From IMG/VR virus record IMGVR_UViG_3300030330_004772, positions 1 to 64,000 of that record: a stretch of 64,000 nt of DNA; one strand, written 5' to 3'. How positions within the stretch are numbered: the stretch's first letter is position 1; each line of letters starts with the position of its first letter. The notes beneath the pieces were generated by a model. That model made no database searches and was not told the origin of the DNA. It saw only the letters and a list, made by a program, of their open reading frames with translations. Both the position numbers and the translations under genes were made by a program. The DNA is from a virus (taxonomy: Duplodnaviria; Caudoviricetes). Positions 46,246 to 56,042 of the stretch are shown here, piece by piece.

Positions 46246-46560
46246 TTAAAGTTCTTTTATAATTCCTTTCATTAAAAGGGTGTTAAATGATAATTTAAAT
46301 GGTATTGGTAATTCATTTAATGCCATCATTCCCATTTTATTATCTATTATCATTTCGTTAGGGGTTAACATCGTACCTATTAAATCTCTATACATTTCAT
46401 ATTTAGTAACATCAATTTTTAATGCAGATAAATCATCTTTATCATCACATTCTTTTTCAACTTTTGTTTTAGTATCAACATCATATTGAACTTCTTTCGC
46501 TAGTTTATCAATATCGAAATAAAATTCTTTTCCACCAACTTCTAATAATATATTATCCAT
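46246..46560 (-). CDS. Hypothetical protein
   Basis: 104-aa ORF in the operon. Confidence 0.7.
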   Translation of the reverse strand: MDNILLEVGGKEFYFDIDKLAKEVQYDVDTKTKVEKECDDKDDLSALKIDVTKYEMYRDLIGTMLTPNEMIIDNKMGMMALNELPIPFKLSFNTLLMKGIIKEL

Positions 46561-46609
46561 ATTTTTTTTTATTAATTTAAACTATTATTATTATAAGTAA
46601 ATATTATTT

Positions 46610-47233
46610 TTATACATCTTCAAATTCTATAGTTTCTGTATTTAATATTTTACTTAATGTGTTTTTATCTTCTAGTAATTCTTTTAAATCTACAATCGTA
46701 TAATCTGATTTACAATCTTTATTATAGGTATTTATAACTTTAATAGAAACTTTATCTAAAGGTTTAGATAATAATGTTTCAGGTGAGGCAGTAATTAATA
46801 CGTCTACATGTTCCCATTTATGAGAATAATCCCTAACAAATTTTATATTACTAACTTTACAAGATAGTTTGGATAAGAAAAATAATGTTGCGGGTTTACT
46901 ATTATTTAATTCTTTACTTATTATCATTGGAGTGTGTCCCATATCCTCAATTAGGTTATGTAATTGATTTAAGTGTTCTACAGAATTTAATTTAACTTCA
47001 CCAGCGTGTCCGAATATTTCTAACGATGCATCCACATACATAAAATTATTTAAGTCTTTTGTTCCACCAGTAAATTCAAAATGATTTAATAATTCTAAAT
47101 TTTTTATATCTCTTTCTATTGTTATATTTTCACCTGTTTCTTCATCAATAATAGGATAGTATTTATCATACACCGATTCAAATTTTGTTATAAAATCCCT
47201 TACAACACCGTCTATTGTTATACCTATTTTCAT
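46610..47233 (-). CDS. HAD/5'(3')-deoxyribonucleotidase-like protein with non-canonical motif I
   Basis: MKIGITIDGVVRDF (TxDG instead of DxDG); KVSIKVINTYN C-terminal motif. Confidence 0.6.
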   Translation of the reverse strand: MKIGITIDGVVRDFITKFESVYDKYYPIIDEETGENITIERDIKNLELLNHFEFTGGTKDLNNFMYVDASLEIFGHAGEVKLNSVEHLNQLHNLIEDMGHTPMIISKELNNSKPATLFFLSKLSCKVSNIKFVRDYSHKWEHVDVLITASPETLLSKPLDKVSIKVINTYNKDCKSDYTIVDLKELLEDKNTLSKILNTETIEFEDV

Positions 47234-47979
47234 TTTTCTAAATTTTCAAATACATCTTCTATTTTTTTTATTATTGGGTTTCTAACCACATCATTAGGAT
47301 TTCTAAGTTCTACACAACCAAAACCTTCTACATTTTTAAATTTTTCCAATACTATTTCTAAAGAAGAATCTTTTTTATTTCTTATATCTTTTTGTCTAAC
47401 ATCTCCCATAATAACCATTTTGGAGTTATCTCCTATTCTTGTCATTAAAGTTCTTATATTATCCATAGATATGTTTTGTGCCTCATCAATTAGTATAATT
47501 GAATTATCGATACTTCTACCTCTAGCAAACGCTATTGGTACAATTTCTATGACACCTAACTCAATTAATTTTTCCATCCTACTTCTACCTATTAGTTTCC
47601 TAATATTATCAGTAAACGACTCCATAATTGGTGCCATTTTATCTTTTAACTCACCAGGTAAATGTCCAATTTCCTCACCTTTTAATGCAGTAATAGATTT
47701 TACTAATACAATTCTTTTGTATTTAGGTCTAGATTTTATTAATTTAAGTGCTTCTGCACATGATAAAAATGTTTTACCGGATCCTGGTAAACCACTACAA
47801 ATAGTGATTTCATTTTGTTTGATTGAATTAACTAATTTTTTTTGGTTTTCTGTTTTACATTTAATATGTACAGATATTGTCTGAAATACTTTTTCTTCTT
47901 CTACGTTATTCCTATTAAGGAAAAACTCCATTTCTTCAATTTCTTCTTGTGAAAGTTGTTTGTTTTTTCTTCTACCCAT
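47230..47979 (-). CDS. phoH: PhoH-family ATPase
   Basis: GLPGSGKT, IGHLPGELKDK, RGRS, IDEAQN, LMTRIG, MGDVRQKD. Confidence 0.93.
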   Translation of the reverse strand: MGRRKNKQLSQEEIEEMEFFLNRNNVEEEKVFQTISVHIKCKTENQKKLVNSIKQNEITICSGLPGSGKTFLSCAEALKLIKSRPKYKRIVLVKSITALKGEEIGHLPGELKDKMAPIMESFTDNIRKLIGRSRMEKLIELGVIEIVPIAFARGRSIDNSIILIDEAQNISMDNIRTLMTRIGDNSKMVIMGDVRQKDIRNKKDSSLEIVLEKFKNVEGFGCVELRNPNDVVRNPIIKKIEDVFENLEK

Positions 47980-48089
47980 ATATCTTTTTTATGTTATTAA
48001 TATATGAACAAAATTAAATAAAGTATATGGTTATTTAAAATAGTTTTATAAAATTGATCCTAGTACCAACTATATGAAAAAACTTTAAT

Positions 48090-49106
48090 TTATCTTTTGT
48101 CATATATTTTATTAATTATCTCAACAACTTTAAGTCCTTCTAATGCATTTGTTGTAATAGTTCCATTACCCCTTAAAGTATCTACAACATTTTCAATTAT
48201 ATAGTGATGATTTGCAGCACTACCTTTATATTGTCCGTAATCATTGGGTGGGTTCGATGGTGGTAATGTAGGCATTTTATAATCTTTAATGTTACAATAT
48301 TCAATCTCATTCATGTATTGTCCACCTACTTTAACACTACCATTACTTCCTATAATGGTTATACTACTTTCTAAGTTAGATCCCCAAACCGCAGTAGAAT
48401 AATTAATACACCCCATACCACCTTCTGAAAAATCAAAAGAAACAAATCCAGAATCTTCGAAATCAGTACTTTCTTTATGTGTGAAATCATTGAATTTTCC
48501 TTGAATATTTTCTATATCACCAAAAAGCCAATACATAATATCTATAAAATGAGAAAACTGAGTAAACAATGTGCCCCCATCTAAATCTTGTGTTCCTTTC
48601 CAACCACCTTTTTTATAATACCTATCATCACGATTCCAATAACAATTTACTTGTACCATAAAAATATCCCCAATAATTTTATTCTCTACAATTTCTTTTA
48701 ACCATACACTTGGAGGAGAATACCTATTTTGCATTACCGCAAAAATTTGTTTATGCTTTCTAAGTGCAGTATATAAGACTTTTTCTGAATCAATTTTTTT
48801 TAACCCTATTGGTTTTTCTATTACAACATGTTTATTATTTTCTAATACTTTAATTGAATGTTCTGAATGTAATCCATTAGGTGTACATACACACACTATT
48901 TCAATCTCTGGATGATGAGATAACATTTCATCTAAATTATTATAAAAAGGTATATCTTTAAACTCATCTAAATTTAAATCTTTTTTATCTTTTATATCAC
49001 AAAATGATATTAATTCACAATTTTCATTGTTTAATATCATATTACTGTGTCGTTTACCAATGTGTCCAACACCTACGACACCAAAACTAATTTTTTTTGT
49101 TTTCAT
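48090..49106 (-). CDS. Gfo/Idh/MocA oxidoreductase, WlbA/WbpB-like nucleotide-sugar 3-dehydrogenase
   Basis: GVGHIG, CTPNGLH, EKP, QNRY, WNRDDRYY...WKGT..LDGG.L..Q.SHF.D. Confidence 0.85.
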   Translation of the reverse strand: MKTKKISFGVVGVGHIGKRHSNMILNNENCELISFCDIKDKKDLNLDEFKDIPFYNNLDEMLSHHPEIEIVCVCTPNGLHSEHSIKVLENNKHVVIEKPIGLKKIDSEKVLYTALRKHKQIFAVMQNRYSPPSVWLKEIVENKIIGDIFMVQVNCYWNRDDRYYKKGGWKGTQDLDGGTLFTQFSHFIDIMYWLFGDIENIQGKFNDFTHKESTDFEDSGFVSFDFSEGGMGCINYSTAVWGSNLESSITIIGSNGSVKVGGQYMNEIEYCNIKDYKMPTLPPSNPPNDYGQYKGSAANHHYIIENVVDTLRGNGTITTNALEGLKVVEIINKIYDKR

Positions 49107-50263
49107 TTTTTTCCTCTATTTGATCTTATATTTATAAACTTTTTTGTGGTTTGTCTTTTAACTGATTTAATTTCTTGTTTTTTAACTGGTTTAACTTCTT
49201 GTTTTTTAACTGGTTTAACTTTTGGTTTTTTAACTGATTTAACTTCTTGTTTTGGTTCTTGCTTTGAGTTAGTAATGGTTAAATCTTTTATATTTGTTAC
49301 TTCATTTTTTTTTATTTTTTTTACTGATTCACTTTGTTTTTGAGGTAAAACTTTTGTAATTTTAGGTTTGATACTTTCTAAAACATTTAAATCTTCTTTA
49401 CTTTTTATTTTTTTAATTGGTGTATTAATAAAAAATTGTTTTTTTAATTTATCTATTATATGAGATTCTAAAATATCTTCTACCTTTTGAGTTGGGTTTT
49501 TAAAATATCTTTTATAATTTCCTTTTTCTTTATATAAATTTCTTCTGGTTTTTGATATTTTATTAGCTCCGTCAGTAAAAAGACATTTTAATAATCCATT
49601 AAACCTATATCTTTTAATTTTACCTATTTTAGTGAACAACCAATTATCTACAAATTTTTTAGGCCATGGTGAACTCATATTTTTTACTAAATTTGTTTTA
49701 GTCGCAATTAGAACACCTGTTTTAGGTATTTCATTTGTGTATGATGCAGTTACAAAAGTATTTAAATTAAAAAATAATGCCTCCCCTATTTCAAACCAAT
49801 TATAACCACTTTCTAAGATAGTATGAGTTATTTCTATTCTGTTAGGTGGTGAGTAATCATCTGATGCAGTAAGTAGAAAACTACTACCTAATGATGCGTG
49901 AGCAATTATCCACCATTTTTTAGATAAAGGTGTACGAAATTCTATTACTTTTTCAGTCTCTGAACAAATCTCTTTTTTAATTGGGATGGGTATATAAGAA
50001 ATTCTAGCACATCCCGCTTCTTTTAATCTATCACTATACGATAATATCATTTCTTTTCCTGCCATATTTGGTGTTACGTCTTCACATACAACTAATTCCC
50101 ATATATACTGGGTTTCTTGTCTACATAAACTTTCTAATTGTAACCATATTATATCTTTGTTTTCCCATGTTGGTAGGGCAACTGTTACTTTAATATTAGA
50201 GACATATTTTTCATTCAACCACACTGTCCCTCCCCATGACCGAAGATTTTTTATATTTTTCAT
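49103..50263 (-). CDS. GT2-like glycosyltransferase with Lys-rich repeat tail
   Basis: VTVALPTWE...WELVVCED...ASDDY; paralog of 50303-51052; ATATTTAT 8 nt upstream. Confidence 0.65.
   Translation of the reverse strand: MKNIKNLRSWGGTVWLNEKYVSNIKVTVALPTWENKDIIWLQLESLCRQETQYIWELVVCEDVTPNMAGKEMILSYSDRLKEAGCARISYIPIPIKKEICSETEKVIEFRTPLSKKWWIIAHASLGSSFLLTASDDYSPPNRIEITHTILESGYNWFEIGEALFFNLNTFVTASYTNEIPKTGVLIATKTNLVKNMSSPWPKKFVDNWLFTKIGKIKRYRFNGLLKCLFTDGANKISKTRRNLYKEKGNYKRYFKNPTQKVEDILESHIIDKLKKQFFINTPIKKIKSKEDLNVLESIKPKITKVLPQKQSESVKKIKKNEVTNIKDLTITNSKQEPKQEVKSVKKPKVKPVKKQEVKPVKKQEIKSVKRQTTKKFINIRSNRGKK
49157..49252 (-). repeat. Four 24-bp coding units (K[QP][EK][VI]K[SP]VK)
   Basis: tttaactg(a/g)tttaa... 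units at 49157, 49181, 49205 and 49229. Confidence 0.85.
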
Positions 50264-50302
50264 ATACCCTATAAATATTTAATATGATCATTAAAAAAAA
50301 AA

Positions 50303-51052
50303 TTATATTGTAATTTGTTTGTAAAATTTATTCTTTAATTTATCAATTAAATTTGGGGGTAAAATATCCTCTAAATTTTGTTTAGGTTCACTAAAATATG
50401 TATTTATTTTTTTTAAATATCCATTTTTTCTACCTAAAGAAATTTTATTTTGTCCGTCTGTATGTAAACCTAAAAATGGTTGCGTATGTCTATATCTTGG
50501 ATATATATTGTACTTATTTCTAATCCAAGAATCTACACCTTTTTCTGGCCAAGGACCAACTAATCTTTTCATATACGAAGTTTTAGTACCCATATATAAA
50601 CCTGTATCATTGGGTTGATTATTAAATGTCGCGGAAACAAATGTATTTAAATCTAAAAATAAACCACAACTTACGTCTACCCAATTAAAACCATCTTTTA
50701 TTTTATTATGTGTAAACTCTATTCTATTAGGTGGTGAGTAATCATCAGATGAGGCAAGTAAAAAAGTACTCCCTACAGAATTATCTGCAATTATTTTCCA
50801 TTTTTTAGATAGGGGAATGTGGTTTTCTAAAGATAAATAACTAATTTGTTGACATCCCGCTTCTTTTAATCTATCACTATACGATAATATCATTTCTTCT
50901 CCTGCCATATTATTAGTTTGTTCTTCACAGACAACTAATTCCCACTTATACTGTGTTTCTTGTCTACATAAACTTTCTAATTGTAACCATATTATATCTT
51001 TATTTTCCCATGTCGGTAAACCTACAGTTACCTCTATATTATTTTTTACCAT
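50303..51052 (-). CDS. GT2-like glycosyltransferase (paralog of the adjacent gene)
   Basis: ATG 51052; VTVGLPTWE...SSDDYSPPNR; 162-bp near-identical segment shared with the neighbour. Confidence 0.65.
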   Translation of the reverse strand: MVKNNIEVTVGLPTWENKDIIWLQLESLCRQETQYKWELVVCEEQTNNMAGEEMILSYSDRLKEAGCQQISYLSLENHIPLSKKWKIIADNSVGSTFLLASSDDYSPPNRIEFTHNKIKDGFNWVDVSCGLFLDLNTFVSATFNNQPNDTGLYMGTKTSYMKRLVGPWPEKGVDSWIRNKYNIYPRYRHTQPFLGLHTDGQNKISLGRKNGYLKKINTYFSEPKQNLEDILPPNLIDKLKNKFYKQITI

Positions 51053-51797
51053 GATAAACAATATTACTGACTTCTTGTAATTTTTTCACAAATGGAGAAT
51101 ATTTACTGTTTCTTACATCATTTAATTTAGTTTTATCCCAAACCCAATTATTTCTTTCACCCTCTAAGTAATGTGTGCCGTGCCCTCTAGGTTCTCCATT
51201 ATCCCAAGCTTTTCTTCTTCTTTTTAACGTTTCTGCCCTTTCTTCTTTAGTCTTAGTATTACCATAATTAATCATTATACCATTAATGTTACCTGTTCTT
51301 TGACCAGGAAATGAAACATCGTCAGCCAAATATCTCATCTGTGGATTATATTTATGTATCATTTTAAATCTATTAACAGTCCCATAATAAAAATAAGTGT
51401 TAAAAGGGTCAAAATTATCTCTTATTTCTCCAGTATTGAAGAAATTTACACATTCTATCCATGCTAAGTTAAAACCCTGTCTATCTAACTTTTCTAACTC
51501 ATCATGTAAAGGATTTAAGGTGACAGGAAATAAATCACATCCATTATATATTGCCCAATCAGGTTTTAATCTATGTAAAGTTTTAACTATATCGTCTTGA
51601 AGTGCTCTTAAATCAAAAGAATTGTCAGTATCAATTCTATGAGAAGGTATATTATTTTCTTGTAACCATTCCCATGTACCATCATCCGACATATTATCAA
51701 TAAAATAGGGTTCTAATTTATTTTGTCTACAATATTCTACCTTTAATGGTAAATATTCAATCTCATTCCATACTGTTAATATACATACTACTCTCAT
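51039..51797 (-). CDS. GT2-like glycosyltransferase (Glyco_tranf_2_4-like)
   Basis: VWNEIEYL...FIDNMSDDGT...WAIYNGCDLF. Confidence 0.75.
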   Translation of the reverse strand: MRVVCILTVWNEIEYLPLKVEYCRQNKLEPYFIDNMSDDGTWEWLQENNIPSHRIDTDNSFDLRALQDDIVKTLHRLKPDWAIYNGCDLFPVTLNPLHDELEKLDRQGFNLAWIECVNFFNTGEIRDNFDPFNTYFYYGTVNRFKMIHKYNPQMRYLADDVSFPGQRTGNINGIMINYGNTKTKEERAETLKRRRKAWDNGEPRGHGTHYLEGERNNWVWDKTKLNDVRNSKYSPFVKKLQEVSNIVYHGKK

Positions 51798-53329
51798 TGT
51801 ATTATTTTTATATGTTGTTGTAATTTGTTTACATTAGAAGACACAAAAGGAAATAATCTCTCTCTATAATCATTTTGTAACCGATCAATTTTTTTATCAT
51901 CTTTATCTCTAGATTTACTTTCATAATGATACGCCACTGCAGAATGACATAAAATATTAGTTTTATTTAATTTTAATACTTCTAAATTTAATTCTACATC
52001 TTCAAAACATTCAGTATATGTTGGGTTAAATCCATTAACTTTACTAAATAAATTTTTATTTATTAATAAAAGTGCGCCAGTATTACCAATGACACTAGAA
52101 TAACCTGTTTTTTCATACTTGTAATATTGTTTTAATTTATCATGTGTAATCTCAAAACGAGTTAATTTATTATCTTGTACCCATTCTCTTTTGATAAACA
52201 TTAACATACCATAATGTTGTAAACTATTGTCTTCGAAATGTAGTCTTGCCCCCACAGTACCTACTGTATTTTTATTCCTATTATAAACATTTACCATTTC
52301 ACTAATTGCATCATTTATTAATTCAATATCATTATTACAAAATAATAATAATTCACTATCTTGATCAATATAATGATTAGCCATTTCATTATTGATTTGG
52401 GCGAAATTATAATAATCAAACTCAACTAATTCTAAAATATCTTCATTTTTAACTCTTTCCCTTATTAAATCTATGTTTTCACTATTACTTCCTGTGTCTG
52501 CAATATAAATTTTATAATTAGTATATTGTGTTTTATTTAAAATAGAATTAATACAACCAAATAATAACTCAATATTATCTTTAGTTGGGATTATTATTGA
52601 TAATTTTGGTTGTTTATTGATTTTTTTAGTGTTGTTTTCATACAATACTTTAGTTGGTAATGTTTTAGGTAAAAATTCATCGTAAATATCAACAAATTGT
52701 TTTCTATTATTTTCCCAATCTTCGTTAGTGGGACCCGGAGACTTATGAGTAATCTTTAAATCATAAACAACCCCTACTTTAACGCCTGATAAATGATTAT
52801 TGAAGGTGAAATCTAAATCATAAAAATGAAATCCTTTAATCTCTTCATTAAAATTTTTCTTTATCCTATTTTTTTCCACTACAAAAAATAACCCATCTAA
52901 ATTTAATGTTTCTAAAATATCATTACTATAATTACCCGAATATTTAGACACCCATGTTTTACCATTAACTGAATGAGTAACAACACCAACCACTTTATTT
53001 AAATGATTCCCTTCTTTATCTTGCCACCATATACCATTTTGTGGTATTTCTGTTGTACCTGCAACACCTAAAATACCAAAATCACTATTAGTAAAATGTG
53101 TTTGTATCTTTTTACCCCATTTAGGTTTGTTAAACCATATATCATCATGACAAAAAACCACTATATCATTAGTAGAATCTTTTAACCCTTTATTATAAAT
53201 TTCAGTAAGAGAATATTCTCCATTATTAATATATTCTAATATTTCTATATTTTTTATTCCACAACTTTTTTTTAAATGTTCTTTAAAATTATGTTGCTCC
53301 TCTCTCGTAGAATATACTATACTAATCAT
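51794..53329 (-). CDS. Two-domain GT-A glycosyltransferase
   Basis: N-domain YNKG...VFCHDD...GVAG...LDG.F...FHFYDLD; C-domain SIIIPTKD...ADTGS...CNNDIE...GA.L...EDVEL. Confidence 0.85.
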   Translation of the reverse strand: MISIVYSTREEQHNFKEHLKKSCGIKNIEILEYINNGEYSLTEIYNKGLKDSTNDIVVFCHDDIWFNKPKWGKKIQTHFTNSDFGILGVAGTTEIPQNGIWWQDKEGNHLNKVVGVVTHSVNGKTWVSKYSGNYSNDILETLNLDGLFFVVEKNRIKKNFNEEIKGFHFYDLDFTFNNHLSGVKVGVVYDLKITHKSPGPTNEDWENNRKQFVDIYDEFLPKTLPTKVLYENNTKKINKQPKLSIIIPTKDNIELLFGCINSILNKTQYTNYKIYIADTGSNSENIDLIRERVKNEDILELVEFDYYNFAQINNEMANHYIDQDSELLLFCNNDIELINDAISEMVNVYNRNKNTVGTVGARLHFEDNSLQHYGMLMFIKREWVQDNKLTRFEITHDKLKQYYKYEKTGYSSVIGNTGALLLINKNLFSKVNGFNPTYTECFEDVELNLEVLKLNKTNILCHSAVAYHYESKSRDKDDKKIDRLQNDYRERLFPFVSSNVNKLQQHIKIIQ

Positions 53330-53477
53330 TTTTTATCTCTTCTAGTTCCTTCTCTAAAACTTTTAACTTTTTTTTATAGTCTTCAGTCATCATATGTCCG
53401 TTATAGTCCCCCATAACAATTTCTAATTTTACTCTTTGAATTTCTTTTAATAATTCATCTAATAATCTTTTTTTCAT
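53322..53477 (-). CDS. 51-aa coiled-coil protein
   Basis: Read manually (MKKRLLDELL...EEIKND, TAG); fills the gap between dUTPase and the GT gene. Confidence 0.55.
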   Translation of the reverse strand: MKKRLLDELLKEIQRVKLEIVMGDYNGHMMTEDYKKKLKVLEKELEEIKND

Positions 53478-53482
53478 TTCAT

Positions 53483-54070
53483 TTATATTTTACCAGTACT
53501 ACCAAATCCAGACACCCCTCTTTCTGTGTTACTTAAATTATCTTTATTAATTAATTTTGAAAAATTAGAGTTTATTACATTAGCAATAACACCCTGAGCA
53601 ATTCTGTCTCCTGCATTAATAATATAGGGTTCGTTACTTAAATTTACTAAAATAATACCCACTTCTCCTCTATAATTAGAATCTACAGTACCTGGTGTAT
53701 TTAAAACAGTAATACCGTGTTTTAATGCCATACCCGATCTAGGTCTAACTTGTAACTCAATATTTTTAGGTAATTCAAAATACAAACCAGTTGGGATTAA
53801 TTTTCTTTCTAATGGATTAAGTGTTATTGAAGAATCTATATCTGCTCTAAAATCAAAACCACTATCGTCTACGTGCTGATATACGGGATTATCGTTTTGG
53901 GATGTGTTTTTATAATATATTTTTATAAGATTATCACCTTTTTCACTTATCTTTTCTAATTCTTTTATGGTTTCACTATAATCTATATCTTCATTAACAC
54001 CCATTTTATTTAAACCACTAATAATATCAGTCATTTTTTTTAAGTCTTCTAGTTCTTCTTTAATGTTCAT
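53483..54070 (-). CDS. dut: Trimeric dUTPase with N-terminal extension
   Basis: GFDFRA, RPRSG, GTVDSNYRGE, RIAQG, RGVSGFGSTG. Confidence 0.93.
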   Translation of the reverse strand: MNIKEELEDLKKMTDIISGLNKMGVNEDIDYSETIKELEKISEKGDNLIKIYYKNTSQNDNPVYQHVDDSGFDFRADIDSSITLNPLERKLIPTGLYFELPKNIELQVRPRSGMALKHGITVLNTPGTVDSNYRGEVGIILVNLSNEPYIINAGDRIAQGVIANVINSNFSKLINKDNLSNTERGVSGFGSTGKI

Positions 54071-54072
54071 AT

Positions 54073-54636
54073 TTATAAAGTTTTTTCTTCTATTATTGCT
54101 AATTCATTAGCTTGTTTAAGAATAGTTGATAGTGTACTACTATACCATTTAGATTGTTTATCATCTTCTGGTTTATCGTAATTTACTATGGCCTGATATT
54201 CTTCTTCAGTTAAAGAAATCCCATATTTCATTGCATAATAAACCGATCTTTCCCCAACTCTCATTGATGTTAGTTCTTCATTAAAATCATACATTTTTCC
54301 TTGATTATTACGATGCCATTCTGATTCACACCATTTGTAGAGAAATGTTTTACCTATTTGATGAAGAAAGCATACTTTTACTATTGATTGTGCATCTACC
54401 TCTATAGATTTAGGTAATAATTTATTAATCCCTATTGCATATTTGGTTGTTTTTAATACATGATCTATTAACCCACCAGGAAATGCATTATGTAAAGATT
54501 TCATAGTAGATGCAGGTGCAGTCAGTAAATCTTCACCTAAATACTCTAATAATTCTTTATTTAAAATTCCATATAATTCATTCTTTTCTAAAAAAGTTTG
54601 ATTATTCTTATTGATTTTTTCTTTTAGTTCTATCAT
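54073..54636 (-). CDS. HD-domain-like protein (YhaM-like) with HQ instead of HD
   Basis: APAS...HNAFPGGLIDHVL...CFLHQIGK. Confidence 0.65.
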   Translation of the reverse strand: MIELKEKINKNNQTFLEKNELYGILNKELLEYLGEDLLTAPASTMKSLHNAFPGGLIDHVLKTTKYAIGINKLLPKSIEVDAQSIVKVCFLHQIGKTFLYKWCESEWHRNNQGKMYDFNEELTSMRVGERSVYYAMKYGISLTEEEYQAIVNYDKPEDDKQSKWYSSTLSTILKQANELAIIEEKTL

Positions 54637-54666
54637 ATTATAATATTTTTAATAAAGATAGGTATT

Positions 54667-55926
54667 TTAATTTACAACGTCAAATACCTCTTCTTCTTTT
54701 TTTATTATAATTTGTTTATATAATTTAGCTCTTTCTGTACAAACACTTTTCATGTCGTATTTACCATTAACTGTATTATATAAATTTTCACCTAAAGTTT
54801 TTATCAATGAAGGATTTTCAATTAACATTTTTATATGTTTAAACCAAAACTTATGATTTTTATTTTCAGGTATAAGAATAGCGTTTCCATTTTCTAAATC
54901 CATTTCCCCACCTCTTTGATATGCATTAATAATATCAATTTGATATGGTCCTATGTCTTGTGCAATCAAAGCTTTTTTATGAAATCCTGCCTCAATTACC
55001 TTAAGTTGTGATTTTACTTTATTAAAAGTACTATCTTTAAGTGGTGCTAATGATACATCAAATAAGTTATAATTACTAGCGTAAGAAGTTATTGGTTTAG
55101 TCCACACTCTTCTATATGGTTCATTGTTAACATTATCGTATTCTTTATTTTCAAAACGTAATAAAAAATCTTTATATTCATCACTAACAATTTTATAATT
55201 ATCTGTAAATATCTTTTCATATTTATACCATACACTCTCCTCTGGTTTTATATCTCTTTGTGTTTGTTTACCAGTTTTCCTATCTATAGTTGTCATAGTC
55301 CCTCTTAAATCATAACCACATAAAACAAATTGCACCTTATCTATAAGTCCTGCAGATTTAATATTATTAACTACGTTATTAAGGATTTCTAAATCTTTTA
55401 AATGTGAAGAACCCCCTAACCACCCAATTCTTACTCTATCACTTTTTTCTGTATTATTTTGATATTGTTTTTCTTTTGGATTTATTGCGTTAGGTAATAC
55501 AAAAACGTTTTTATTTAATCTTGATATTTCATCAGCAAAAATCTGAGTGGTAGTAGTGATATTTCTTGCCACTTTTAAATTATGTACAATTTTTTTATCT
55601 AAACCATTTTTTTTAATTATTTCCCATGCAGGATGGTTAGGTCCGGGAGACCAATGATCATCTAAATCCATAATAGTTTTAACACCTAATTTATCACACC
55701 TATCTAATACTTCTTCCATTTTTTCATACGAACCTAAAGTTCTATGATAATGTATTAAATCATATTTTTTTAAAAAATTTTCATTTTCTAATTCAGGTTC
55801 ATAATCTATATCTACATAAAAATCATTAGGAAAATATTCTTCTAATTTAATATGTGGAATTGTAGAACGGTAATATGATACACCAGTTCTATCACTAGGT
55901 ACTACTAATACTTTAATTTTTGACAT
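54667..55926 (-). CDS. GT-B (GT4-like) glycosyltransferase
   Basis: GVSYYRSTIP, MDLDDHW, VLPNAI, IGWLGGSSH..DL, DVSLAPL...FN..KSQLKVIEAG. Confidence 0.85.
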   Translation of the reverse strand: MSKIKVLVVPSDRTGVSYYRSTIPHIKLEEYFPNDFYVDIDYEPELENENFLKKYDLIHYHRTLGSYEKMEEVLDRCDKLGVKTIMDLDDHWSPGPNHPAWEIIKKNGLDKKIVHNLKVARNITTTTQIFADEISRLNKNVFVLPNAINPKEKQYQNNTEKSDRVRIGWLGGSSHLKDLEILNNVVNNIKSAGLIDKVQFVLCGYDLRGTMTTIDRKTGKQTQRDIKPEESVWYKYEKIFTDNYKIVSDEYKDFLLRFENKEYDNVNNEPYRRVWTKPITSYASNYNLFDVSLAPLKDSTFNKVKSQLKVIEAGFHKKALIAQDIGPYQIDIINAYQRGGEMDLENGNAILIPENKNHKFWFKHIKMLIENPSLIKTLGENLYNTVNGKYDMKSVCTERAKLYKQIIIKKEEEVFDVVN

Positions 55927-55989
55927 ACTTTTAAATTTTATTAAAATATAAGTTATTTTATTAACAAATTAAAGTTTTTAATGGTATTA

Positions 55990-56021
55990 TTTGGTAGTTT
56001 AAAATATTTTTTGTAATTTAG
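55990..56021 (+). promoter_or_regulatory. Bacteroidota-type promoter variant (TTTG-N20-TAATTTAG)
   Basis: Shares TTTGGTAGTTTAAAA with the promoter at 56344. Confidence 0.6.
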
Positions 56022-56042
56022 TATTATAAAAATTAAATAACT

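Noticed and set aside
53483-54636. xKE motifs at the N-termini of dUTPase (MNIKEE) and the HD-like protein (MIELKE) as capsid leaders
   Set aside because: They do not match leader classes A-C, lack an upstream late motif and are explainable by composition.
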